Shown: positions 9,672 through 18,126 of the stretch, one piece after another
Numbering within the stretch: position 1 is the first letter of the stretch
Layout: each line of letters begins with the position of its first letter
Assembly (NCBI GenBank): GCA_038320275.1
Contig: JBBQEB010000010.1
Location: forward strand, 1-46,084
DNA: 46,084 nt
DNA from: Myxococcales bacterium
Lineage (GTDB): Bacteria > Myxococcota > Myxococcia > Myxococcales > Anaeromyxobacteraceae
Reading direction: 5' to 3'
Translations under genes and position numbers: made by a program
The notes under the pieces: model-generated
Seen by the model: the letters and a program-made list of their open reading frames with translations, nothing else
The model's database searches: none
Told to the model about the DNA's origin: nothing

Positions 9672-9683
9672 GTCGGACCTCCG

Positions 9684-9785
9684 TCAGCCGTTGAGAAGCA
9701 GCACCTGGCGACCCGCGGCGCCCGCCGCGAGCGCGCCGTTGATCCGGTCGAGCGCGCTCTGCAGCCGCATGCGGCCGGCTTCCAC
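9684..9785 (-). pseudogene. 33-aa ORF resembling the C-terminus of a zinc-dependent alcohol dehydrogenase
   Basis: VEAGRMRLQSALDRINGALAAGAAGRQVLLLNG* resembles the ..LDRINE....L..G...RQV.. end of MDR enzymes. Confidence 0.35.
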
Positions 9786-9815
9786 AGTGCAACGTAGCGA
9801 TCCCCCGGCTCATCC

Positions 9816-11624
9816 TCAGAACCACTCCGGCCGCATGCGCGCGTAGGAGTCCTCCCCCGTCCGCACCAGCTCGACCAGCCCGTTGACCCTGGGGAGGTCG
9901 GTGGCGAAGAAGGACTGCGCGGCGCAGCGTTTCCCCTCGAGGAACGCGCGCTCCGCGTCGCCTGCGGAGGGGTGGGCGGCCCGCTCCTCGGCAGCGGCGG
10001 CCTGCAGGAGCCAGCACCAGCCTACCGCCACGAGAGAGAACGCTTCCAGGTAGTCGGCGCTGTGGCGCAGCATCGCCTCCGCGTCGCCGGCGAGCCCCTC
10101 TGCCGCGCGGGCCAGCGTCACCTCGCCGACGAGCGACAGCGCGCGCGCGAGCGCCTCGCCGAAGCGAGGCTCCACCCCCGCCCGCCGCGCGCGCTCGACC
10201 GCGCTCTCCACCTCCTCGGCGAAGGCCCTCATGGCAGCTCCGCCCCCCGCCACCGCTCTTCGCCCGAGCAGGTCGAGGCCCTGGATCGTGGTCGTGCCTT
10301 CGTGGATGGAGTTGAGCTTCTGGTCGCGAAGCCAAGCCTCCGGCAGGTACTCGCTCGAGTAGCCGTACCCTCCGTGAATCTGCACCGCCAGCGCGTTCGA
10401 GGTGTACCCGGCCTCGGCTGGATACGACTTCGCACTAGGCGTCAGGAGGTCGAGGAGGAGCCGCGCCCGGCCGCGCTCGTCTTCCCCTGTCGCGTGCTCG
10501 GCGAGGTCCGCCTGGCGGGCCGCCGCGAGCACGAGCGTCATCCCGCCCTCGACGATGACCTTCTGCCGGAGCAACATTCGCCGGACGTCGGCATGCTCGA
10601 TGATCGGCACCTGCGCCCGGAGTGGATCGCGAGAGCCGAGCGGCCGCCCTTGCAGCCGCTCTTGCGCATACCGGAGCGACTCCAGGTAGGCGACCGACGC
10701 CGTGGCGACCCCGTGGCAGCCCACCATGATGCGCGCCGCATTCATCATCTGGAACATGTGCGCGAGGCCCTGCCCGGCCTCTCCCACCCGCCAGCCGCGG
10801 CAGTCGTCCTCCTCGCCCAGCGCGAGCGCCACGCTGGGCAGCCCTCGCCAGCCGATCTTGTGGATGAGGCCGGTCACCCGGACGTCGTTCTGCACGAGCC
10901 GGCCGCCCTCCGGACGGAGCTTCGGCACGACGAACAGGGAGAGGCCACGCACGCCCGCGGGTGCGCCCTCGATGCGTGCCAGCACGAGGTGGACGATGTT
11001 CTCTGCCGCGTCGTGGTCGCCGCCGGAGATGAAGGTCTTCGCCCCTTGGAGAAGGTAGGCGCGGTCCGGTCCAGGCCGTGCCCGGGTGGCGACGTCGGCC
11101 AGGCTGGAGCCCGCCTGCGGCTCGGTGAGAGCCATGGTCCCGGTCCACGAGCCGTCGTGCATGGGCGGCAGGTAGCGGTCGCGCAGCTCCCGATCGCCGA
11201 AGCTCTCGACGAGGTGCGCCGCGCCGGAGGTGAGTCCGGCGCAAGCGGCCACCGAGAGGTTTCCAGCCATGGGGTACAGGTGCGCCGCTGCCGCGACGAG
11301 CTGCGGCAGGGCGTGGCCGCCCACCTCGGCAGGGCGGGTGGCCGCGATGACGCCCAGCCCCGCCAGCGCAGAGAGCTGCGCCCGCATCAGCGGGTGAACC
11401 CTGACTTCACCCTCCACCAGCACGGGGGGCGCCTCGTCCATCGCGCGGTAGCCAGGGAAGAGCACCTCGCGCGCGAGCTTCCGGGCCGAGCTCAGGTACC
11501 CCTCGAAGGTCTCCCAGCCGTGCTCGCGAAACGCAGGAAGCCGGCACAGGCCACCCGCGTCGAGCACGTCGCGCAGGACGAAGTCGACCTGCCGGTCGTC
11601 CAGGAGCGAGTTCGCCGTCGGCAT
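9816..11624 (-). CDS. Acyl-CoA dehydrogenase (long, about 600-aa type)
   Basis: [46 protein letters not shown]. Confidence 0.93.
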   Translation of the reverse strand: MPTANSLLDDRQVDFVLRDVLDAGGLCRLPAFREHGWETFEGYLSSARKLAREVLFPGYRAMDEAPPVLVEGEVRVHPLMRAQLSALAGLGVIAATRPAEVGGHALPQLVAAAAHLYPMAGNLSVAACAGLTSGAAHLVESFGDRELRDRYLPPMHDGSWTGTMALTEPQAGSSLADVATRARPGPDRAYLLQGAKTFISGGDHDAAENIVHLVLARIEGAPAGVRGLSLFVVPKLRPEGGRLVQNDVRVTGLIHKIGWRGLPSVALALGEEDDCRGWRVGEAGQGLAHMFQMMNAARIMVGCHGVATASVAYLESLRYAQERLQGRPLGSRDPLRAQVPIIEHADVRRMLLRQKVIVEGGMTLVLAAARQADLAEHATGEDERGRARLLLDLLTPSAKSYPAEAGYTSNALAVQIHGGYGYSSEYLPEAWLRDQKLNSIHEGTTTIQGLDLLGRRAVAGGGAAMRAFAEEVESAVERARRAGVEPRFGEALARALSLVGEVTLARAAEGLAGDAEAMLRHSADYLEAFSLVAVGWCWLLQAAAAEERAAHPSAGDAERAFLEGKRCAAQSFFATDLPRVNGLVELVRTGEDSYARMRPEWF

Positions 11625-11700
11625 GCAGTCCTCTTAGCCGGCGGGCTCGCGAAGCGGGGCCCTTTGCCCGGGCTCTCCAGGGCCGCGTGCAACCGGCGAT

Positions 11701-12189
11701 TCACCAGCGCCTGGACCGCTTGCGGGCGAGCGCTCCGCTGGTGCTCTTGGTTGCGCGCGGCTTGGCGGGGCCTTGGACCGCACCGAAGGCATCGGCCATC
11801 TGCTCCTGCGCAGCGGTCGTCTTCGCCTGTCCCATGGAGCGCAGGTCTCCCTGCGCCTCGGCCTCGAAGAGCGTCTGCACCCCTCGCGCCGAGCCCTTCC
11901 GCATGCTGGATCGGTACGCGACGCTGCTGTCGTACCTGCCGGCATCCGCCACGCGGTCCGCGATCTTGGCCGCCGCCTGCGCGACGGCATCGTGGCCGCG
12001 GCCTGCGGCAGCCGTCCGGAACAACATCATCAGTCCGTGTGCGTGGGCGTACTCGCCGCGGGCGGCAGCCTCCTCGGCCTGGATCTGGGCGCGCACGAGC
12101 TGGGCGAGCGCGACCACCGCGTCCACGGAGGGCGTCGGCTTCGCCTGGGCCGCCGCGGCCGCGTCCAGCTCTCCCCGCCGCGGGCGCAT
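11701..12189 (-). CDS. Orphan 162-aa ORF, probably the C-terminal part of a larger (possibly VWA-domain) protein
   Basis: Helical, protein-like composition ending ..ARKRSRRW; no clear RBS; family assignment is from recollection only. Confidence 0.4.
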   Translation of the reverse strand: MRPRRGELDAAAAAQAKPTPSVDAVVALAQLVRAQIQAEEAAARGEYAHAHGLMMLFRTAAAGRGHDAVAQAAAKIADRVADAGRYDSSVAYRSSMRKGSARGVQTLFEAEAQGDLRSMGQAKTTAAQEQMADAFGAVQGPAKPRATKSTSGALARKRSRRW

Positions 12190-12224
12190 CGGCGAGCGCA
12201 GGGCGGTCCACCGGTGCGATGCGC

Positions 12225-13226
12225 TCAGCCGAACCCGGCGGTCGCGTGCGGCACATAGGCCGCCTCGAGGCTCGCGACGTCTTCGGGCGCGAGGCGGACG
12301 TCGAGCGCCTTCACCGCCGTCTCGAGGTGCTCCATCCTGGTCGCCCCCACGATGGGCGAGGTCACCGCGTCGTTGCGGAGCAGCCAGGCCAGTGCGAGCT
12401 GGGCGGGTGGCAGGCTGCGCGCCTTGGCCAGCGCGGCCAGGGCGGACAGCACTCGCGCGTCGGCCTCCGCCATGTGCGCGTAGAGCGTCTTCCCGAAGCG
12501 ATCGGTTCCGGAGCGCTTCGTCTCCGCACTGGCGCTCGCGCGCGCGAGCCTGCCGCGCGCGAGCGGGCTCCACGGGATGAGGCCGATGCCCTGGTCGTGG
12601 CAGAGCGGGATCATCTCGCGCTCCTCCTCGCGGTAGAGCAGGTTGTAGTGATTCTGCATGGAGACGAAGCGGGTCCAGCCGTTGCGCTCGGCGACCTGCT
12701 GCGCTTTCGCGAACTGCCAGGCGTACATGGACGAGGCTCCGAGGTAGCGCGCCTTCCCCATGCGGACGACGTCGTGGAGCGCCTCGATGGTCTCCTCGAT
12801 GGGCGTCGCGTCGTCCCAGCGGTGGATCTGGTAGAGGTCGACGTGATCCATCCCGAGCCGCTTCAGGCTGGCGTCGATCTCGTGGAGGATGGCCTTGCGC
12901 GAAAGCCCGCCGCCGTTCGGTCCCGGGCGCATGACCCCGTGCACCTTGGTGGCGACCACCACGTCCTCGCGCCGAGCCAACTCGCGCAGCGCGCGGCCGG
13001 TGACCTCCTCGCTGGCGCCGAACGAGTACACGTTGGCAGTGTCGAAGAAGTTGATCCCGAGCTCCAGCGCCCGCTGGAAGAAAGGCCGGGATTCGGTCTC
13101 GGGGAGCGCCCACGCCCAGCGCGGCGGCTGGCCCGGCAGCGCCGACTTGGGATCGCCGTAGCTCATGCAGCCGAGGCAGACTCGCGAGACGGAAAGGCCC
13201 GTGTTTCCGAGGCGCCGGTATTCCAT
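12225..13226 (-). CDS. Aldo/keto reductase (YajO-like)
   Basis: LGCMSYG, FFDTANVY, VATK, IHRWD, SMQNHYNL, PWSPLARG; GGAGG RBS. Confidence 0.95.
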   Translation of the reverse strand: MEYRRLGNTGLSVSRVCLGCMSYGDPKSALPGQPPRWAWALPETESRPFFQRALELGINFFDTANVYSFGASEEVTGRALRELARREDVVVATKVHGVMRPGPNGGGLSRKAILHEIDASLKRLGMDHVDLYQIHRWDDATPIEETIEALHDVVRMGKARYLGASSMYAWQFAKAQQVAERNGWTRFVSMQNHYNLLYREEEREMIPLCHDQGIGLIPWSPLARGRLARASASAETKRSGTDRFGKTLYAHMAEADARVLSALAALAKARSLPPAQLALAWLLRNDAVTSPIVGATRMEHLETAVKALDVRLAPEDVASLEAAYVPHATAGFG

Positions 13227-13343
13227 GGTGTGCTTGCCCCTCCAGTCCAGCGCCTCGCCAGGGATGGCGAGAGCGAACGGCTCGCCGTCCTTCGGTGAGC
13301 GCAAAGGTAAGGGCTGCCGGCCCCCGGTGCCGACTCGACGCCG

Positions 13344-13778
13344 TCAGCCCCCCGGAGGCGCGGGAGGTGGCGGTGGGGGCGGTGGCGCCTCCTGGGGCGG
13401 GGGTGGCGCGCCGGAGGGCAGCGCGTCCTGCGGAGGCTCGATCTCGCCGGCGGGAGGAGTCGGTGGAGCCTGCGGCGCGTACTCTCCCCGCGGGCTGCGC
13501 AGGTTCGCGCCAAGGACGCGGCCCGAGTAGCCGTCGAGCGTCAGGGCCGCGTGGTCGCGGCCTCGCGCGCCGGTGAGGACGACGTGCCAGCGCGCGTGGC
13601 GGTCGAGGCGTGCGCTGCGGGTGAAGTCCACCACCAGGCCGCGGGACCGGGCGAACTGCGTCGCAAAGGCCACGGCTTCGGGCGCGGAGAGGAGGCGGGG
13701 AGGTGGCGGGCGCGGCCGCGCCTCTGCGAAGCAGGCACAGAGGAGCAGCAGCGCGGCGGGGAAGAGTCGGAGTTCCAT
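13344..13778 (-). CDS. Putative exported protein or lipoprotein with a PepSY-like domain and Pro-rich tail
   Basis: Hydrophobic signal LLLLCAC, LS..EAV..A and LDGYSGRVL patterns, poly-Pro C-terminus; GGAGG RBS. Confidence 0.65.
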   Translation of the reverse strand: MELRLFPAALLLLCACFAEARPRPPPPRLLSAPEAVAFATQFARSRGLVVDFTRSARLDRHARWHVVLTGARGRDHAALTLDGYSGRVLGANLRSPRGEYAPQAPPTPPAGEIEPPQDALPSGAPPPPQEAPPPPPPPPAPPGG

Positions 13779-13827
13779 GCCTCCGAGAACACGCCGGCCG
13801 GGAAAAGGTTGCGCGAGAACCCAAGAA

Positions 13828-14660
13828 TCAGAACCCCATCCGCCGTCCCTCGTGCGCCCGCGCCCGCAGCTCGTCGCCCAGCGCCGGCCTCGCCGCCGCG
13901 GCGAAGTCGCCGGGCACGAGGCCCTCGAGCGTTGCTCACCTCCCAGGAGTGCTGGGCCACGCGGCGGTCGCGCACGAAGCTGTCCACTTCGTCGAAGAGC
14001 AGGACCGAGCCGCTGCTCCCGGCTTGCGCGAAGGCCTCCGCGATGTTCCGCTCCGACTGCCCCAGGTACATGTCCTGGATGTCGGAGGCCTTCCGCACCA
14101 GGACGGGCCGGCCCATGCGGTGGGCGAGGTAGTGCACGAACTCCGACTTCCCCGTTCCGCTCCGGCCGTAAAGGCAGAGCGAGAGTCCCGCCGCCTGGCC
14201 CGGGCGCCAGGGCGCCAGCCTGTCGGCGAGGGCGCGGAGATCGGTGTCGGCGTTCACCGCCTCGATCCGGTACTCCGAGCCGGCGGATGGCGAGCGTGAA
14301 GCGCCTGAGGAAGGCCGGGTCCATGCCCCGGAGGGTGTTCGCGATCCAGAGGGTGGGGATGGGGCTCAGCTCCAGGAGTGGTTGAACCAGAGCTTGGAGA
14401 GGGACTGCGACAGGGCTCCCCCCGGGCTCCATCGCCGGAAAGCGTCCTCCATCTCGTCGAACAGGACGAGGTTCCGCGTGCCGGCGAGCACGCAGTGCGC
14501 GAGTTTCAGTGAAGAGAGCCGCTGGTGCGCCGAAGGTGCGCCGCCGTCATCGTCGGTGGCGCGCGCGGCGTAGTGCGTCGCCCCGATCTCCGACGCGAGC
14601 AGCCGTGCGCACTCGGTCTTCCCGGTGCCGGTCGGACCGTGGAGCAGGAGGGACGGACAT
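13828..14660 (-). pseudogene. Decayed tandem-domain AAA ATPase in four pieces (frameshifts and internal deletions)
   Basis: LLHGPTGTGKT..LFDEMED; then LLELSPIPTLWIAN..DPAFLRRF; then LYGRSGTGKS..LLFDEVDS..HSWEVS; then LVPGDFAAAAR..RRMGF*; frame changes between the pieces. Confidence 0.8.
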
Positions 14661-14767
14661 GGTCCCTCACCACCCCCCACCGCGGGCCCCCGAGGGCAGG
14701 ACGCGCGGCGTGCGCCATGGGTGAGCGGGCGGCATCGAGAGAGGGGTGTCCAGGGGAGGGACCGCAC

Positions 14768-15322
14768 GTGACCGAACGGGAGAAGATGCTGGCGGGGGAG
14801 CTGTACGAGGCGTGGTCCCCCGAGCTCGTCCAGGCCCGCGCCCGCGCGCGCCGGCTCACCAGGCGGTTCGCCGACGCGGACGTGGAGGACCTCGCGGGTC
14901 GCACGGCGACCCTGAGGGAGCTGCTGGGTGCGGTGGGGGACGGCGCGTACGTCGAGCCGCCGCTCTTCGTGGACTACGGAAGCTATGTGAGGCTGGGGGC
15001 GCGCGCCTACCTCAACACAGGGTGCGTACTGCTCGACTGCAGCTGGATCGACATCGGCGACGACGCATTCCTGGGCCCCGGCGTCCACGTCTATGCGGCC
15101 ACCCACCCGCTGGTCGCGGAGGAACGGATCCGCGGCCCGGAGCTCGCGAAGCCGGTCCGGATTGGCGCCCGGACCTGGATCGGCGGCGGAACCCTCCTCA
15201 TGCCGGGCGTCACGGTGGGTGAGGGGTCCACCGTGGGTGCCGGGAGCGTGGTCACGCGCGACGTGCCGCCGCGGACGCTCGCGGCCGGCAATCCCTGCAA
15301 GGTGATTCGCCGCATCCCCTGA
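14768..15322 (+). CDS. maa: Maltose/sugar O-acetyltransferase (hexapeptide repeat)
   Basis: TEREKMLAGELY, VDYG, ATHPL, WIGG, GAGSVVTRDVP, GNPCKVIR; GGGAGG RBS. Confidence 0.88.
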   Translation: MTEREKMLAGELYEAWSPELVQARARARRLTRRFADADVEDLAGRTATLRELLGAVGDGAYVEPPLFVDYGSYVRLGARAYLNTGCVLLDCSWIDIGDDAFLGPGVHVYAATHPLVAEERIRGPELAKPVRIGARTWIGGGTLLMPGVTVGEGSTVGAGSVVTRDVPPRTLAAGNPCKVIRRIP

Positions 15323-15326
15323 CGGC

Positions 15327-15938
15327 TCAGGGGCGCGTCACCGCCCGCAGCCTCGCCTCCAGCCCGTCGCCGGTGAGACGAGGGGCGAAGCCGTCCGGCA
15401 GATGCGAGAGCTGGTGCAGCCACACGGCAGGTTTGGGCGGCGCGCTGGGGCCTGCGCGCGGGCCGGCTGGGTAGACGAGGTAGACGTCCCAGGCGATCGC
15501 ACGCCCTTCCTGCACGCTCGGGCGCCCGGGGATCCCCAGCTCCCGTGCGAGCTCGAGCCCGAGGCGGAGGCCATCGTCCCAGAACTGCGCGACCCGAGGA
15601 TCGAGCACCTGGGCCGCGGCGCGGCGTGCGGCGGCAGGGCTGTCGTCCGCCAGGACCGGTACCCACACCAGGTAGACGCGCAGGTCCGGCGCGTCGAGCT
15701 TCGAGAGGACCTCGGCGACCACGGAGACCCCGTGGAGACACATGCCTCAGGTAGGGGAGGCCAGCATGAGCAGCCGGGGCTTTCCCGCGTCCTCGTCGAA
15801 GCGCGAGAGGAGCGGCGTGCCCGAGAGCTGCAGCGATGCCGGGCCGGGAACGGCGCGCCCAGCGTGGGAGGGTGCTGCGCCGGCGCAGGCGAGGGAGGCC
15901 GCGAGGGCCAGGGAGAGGAGGGGTCGGGCTGCTCTCAA
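15327..15938 (-). CDS. Predicted selenoprotein: thioredoxin-like lipoprotein with UxxC motif (UGA at 15749-15747 read as Sec), 203 aa
   Basis: ORFs 15747-15938 and 15327-15743 are in the same frame, giving PRLLMLASPT-U-GMC-LHG; SECIS-like hairpin 11 nt after the UGA; signal peptide with SLA-C lipobox; GAGG before TTG. Confidence 0.82.
15719..15735 (-). promoter_or_regulatory. Bacterial SECIS element
   Basis: UGA-GGCAUGUGUCU(11 nt)-CCACGG GGUCU CCGUGG: perfect 6-bp stem, apical GGUCU, 17 nt long; same spacing and length as the E. coli fdhF upper SECIS stem-loop. Confidence 0.8.
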
Positions 15939-16008
15939 CGGTTGCCTCGTCCATGCGCGGAGGGCCCTCGCGGCCGCCGCGGCCGGTCCTCACGTACCGC
16001 GGTGGACG

Positions 16009-16974
16009 TCAGGAGAGGTACCTTTGCCGCAGCCCCTCGACGTGGGCGAGAAAACCGGCACGCACGTCCTCCGGCGCCGCCACCTCGGCGTCGCCGCCGA
16101 ACCCGAGCACCCAGCCGTACAGATAAGGTCCCGGCGTGATCATCCCGGTGTAGATCGCCGTGCCGTCGGGCTGTGACTCGGTCGCCTTCGGGTTGCGCTC
16201 CGCGATGAGCCGCGCGGCCACGCCCCTGAAGGCCACCTTCACCTGACGCTCCTGCCCGGACTGAAAGTATAGGTGCTTCCGGGCCAGCCGCTCCACCGGC
16301 GGTCCCTGGTGGGCGCCGAACACGCGCGCTCCCAGCTCCACCTCTGCGATGCGATCGAGCCGGTAGAGGTGCTCCGCCCCCTTCTCGACGTTCCAGGCGG
16401 CCAGGTACCATCTGGAATTCTGGGGGAACAGGAGGCGGGGCTCCAGCACCTTGCGCGTGGCGTCGGCGGTGGCGTCCGCCCGGTAGACGATCGTCACCTC
16501 CACGCGCCGCTGGATCGCCTCCTCCAGCGCGCCGACCCACTCGCCCGGCGCGCTGATCTGGAAGTCGGTGGCGCGAGCCAGCTCGTCGGCCCGCGCTCGC
16601 AGGAAGCCCGGGACACCCCTGCGCAGCTTGCGCGCGGCCGCCGTCACCGCCGGGCCTGCCTGTCCCTCGAAAGGCCGGAGCGCCGCCAGGAGCGCGGCCC
16701 CCTCGCGGAGCGAGAGCGCGGGGGGCTCGACGAGCTGCGCGGTGAGCAGGGCGTAGATGCGGCCGTCGGTGAGCTCGAGCATCACCTCGTGCTCGGGGTA
16801 GGAGGGGAGCGTGAGGCCTTGCGTGTAGGCCAGGTCCTCCTCCACGACCTTCGCGTTGCGGGCGCCGGTGAGGCGGACCGCGTCCTCGAGCGAGAGCCCC
16901 CGGGCGCCCTTCTTCCAGGCGGCCGGGATGAGGATGAGGAGCCTCCGCACCCGCTGGATCGAGGGCTCGCTCAC
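16009..16974 (-). CDS. pafC: WYL-domain transcriptional regulator, PafC-like (HTH-WYL-WCX)
   Basis: RVRRLLILIP..EEDL N-terminus, PALSLREGAALLAAL, RWYLAAW, YRLDRI, WVLGFGGDAEVAAP; GTGA overlap with the upstream WYL gene. Confidence 0.8.
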   Translation of the reverse strand: MSEPSIQRVRRLLILIPAAWKKGARGLSLEDAVRLTGARNAKVVEEDLAYTQGLTLPSYPEHEVMLELTDGRIYALLTAQLVEPPALSLREGAALLAALRPFEGQAGPAVTAAARKLRRGVPGFLRARADELARATDFQISAPGEWVGALEEAIQRRVEVTIVYRADATADATRKVLEPRLLFPQNSRWYLAAWNVEKGAEHLYRLDRIAEVELGARVFGAHQGPPVERLARKHLYFQSGQERQVKVAFRGVAARLIAERNPKATESQPDGTAIYTGMITPGPYLYGWVLGFGGDAEVAAPEDVRAGFLAHVEGLRQRYLS

Positions 16975-18035
16975 GCCGCATCTCCGGTGGTGGGGCGAAG
17001 GGCTCTCAGCATGACGCGTGCGCGCTCGCGACCTTCGGCGGGCTCCAACAGTTCCGCCTCCGGGCCCCAGGCCAGGCACTGGCGGGCGAGACCGTCGAGG
17101 TTCCTGACCTCGAGCCGGGCGACGCGGACGCCCTCCGGCTCCGCCGCGAGCTTCGCCCCCGGCAGCAGCGTCGCCGCGATCTTCGCCAGCGAGCCGGTGA
17201 AGCGGACGGTGGCCGCGCGCGGCTCGTGTGCCAGGTACTCCCAGGGGAACTGTCGCGACCACTTGCGCATGTCGAAACCCTCCGGAACCTCGAAGTGCGG
17301 GGCAGGCCTTCCGGCGGGCGCGAGCTTCAGCGCCCGGGCGCGCCCGAGGTAGAAGATGCGCGTCCCGCCGCGCAGATGGCAGTGGCCGACGAGGAGCCAC
17401 TCGCCGCCGCGCAATGCGTAGCCGTACGGATCGACGTCGCGCTCGGTGAGCTCGTCGCGGGCCGGCACCCAGTACGAGAGGTGAAGCCGCTTGCGCTCCT
17501 CCACCGCATCGACCACCAGCGCGAGCCGCTTGCGGAGCCCCTCGGGCGCAGGGGGCAGCCCCGCGCCCTCCAGCGCCGGAGCGCGCGGCGGCAGCCCGGC
17601 GCCGCCGACGAGGAGCTTGCGAAGCGCGGACTCCAGGTCGTCGTGCAGCGGGTGCTCCGGGTCTCGGAGCGCCGCCTGCGCGGCGGTGGTGAGCACCGCC
17701 GCCTCGGCGGGCGAGAGCGAGAGCCGGGGGAGGTAGAAGCTGCCGGGCTCGATGCTGTAGGTCCCGCCGTCGTCCTCCGAGAAGTGAAGCGGGATGCCGA
17801 GCTCCTGCAGGTGGCCCTTGTCGCGGGTCCACATCTTCTCCATTCCCGCCGGGGTGCCGCGATAGTCCTTGGGGAACTCGGCATACACGTCCTCGCGGGT
17901 GGCGGGGCCGCGGGCCAGGAACCAGGCGGCGAGCTTGAGGAGGCGCCGCTCGACGGCGCGGGGATTGACGGCGCGGACGCTGACGGCAGGGGGGTTGGCG
18001 GCGCGGACGCTGACGGCAGGGGGGTCGACGGGCAT
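16971..18035 (-). CDS. pafB: WYL-domain transcriptional regulator, PafB-like
   Basis: ERRLLKL..KMWTRDKGHLQELGIPL (compare PafB RMFERDK..LGIP), YLPRLSLSPAEAA, VDPYG, WLLVG, LAWGPEAELLEP. Confidence 0.8.
   Translation of the reverse strand: MPVDPPAVSVRAANPPAVSVRAVNPRAVERRLLKLAAWFLARGPATREDVYAEFPKDYRGTPAGMEKMWTRDKGHLQELGIPLHFSEDDGGTYSIEPGSFYLPRLSLSPAEAAVLTTAAQAALRDPEHPLHDDLESALRKLLVGGAGLPPRAPALEGAGLPPAPEGLRKRLALVVDAVEERKRLHLSYWVPARDELTERDVDPYGYALRGGEWLLVGHCHLRGGTRIFYLGRARALKLAPAGRPAPHFEVPEGFDMRKWSRQFPWEYLAHEPRAATVRFTGSLAKIAATLLPGAKLAAEPEGVRVARLEVRNLDGLARQCLAWGPEAELLEPAEGRERARVMLRALRPTTGDAA
17950..18031. repeat. 30-bp tandem duplication inside an imperfect 15-bp periodic array at the 5' end of the pafB-like gene
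   Basis: ttgacggcgcggacgctgacggcagggggg (17965-17994) and ttggcggcgcggacgctgacggcagggggg (17995-18024); a GACGG core recurs every 15 bp (one copy GGCGG); encodes PPAVSVRA(A/V)N twice. Confidence 0.85.
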
Positions 18036-18126
18036 CGACGCGCAGTGTACCGCCGGAGAGGCGCGGCGGGTACTCGGGATGGGCGGCCCCGCGATGGGAT
18101 CCTTTCCGTCCCGGGTGGCGGAGGGG

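Noticed and set aside
14647..14660. GGACGGACAT shared with 24697-24706 upstream of addB
   Set aside because: A single 10-mer match is unremarkable in 46 kb of GC-rich sequence.
15327..15743. Treating the 138-aa ORF beginning MCLHG as an independent gene
   Set aside because: It has no RBS, starts inside the UxxC motif, and is better explained by Sec read-through.
17950..18031. Possible mini-CRISPR array near the WYL and nuclease genes
   Set aside because: The units are contiguous with no unique spacers, stay in frame inside a CDS, and no cas genes are present.
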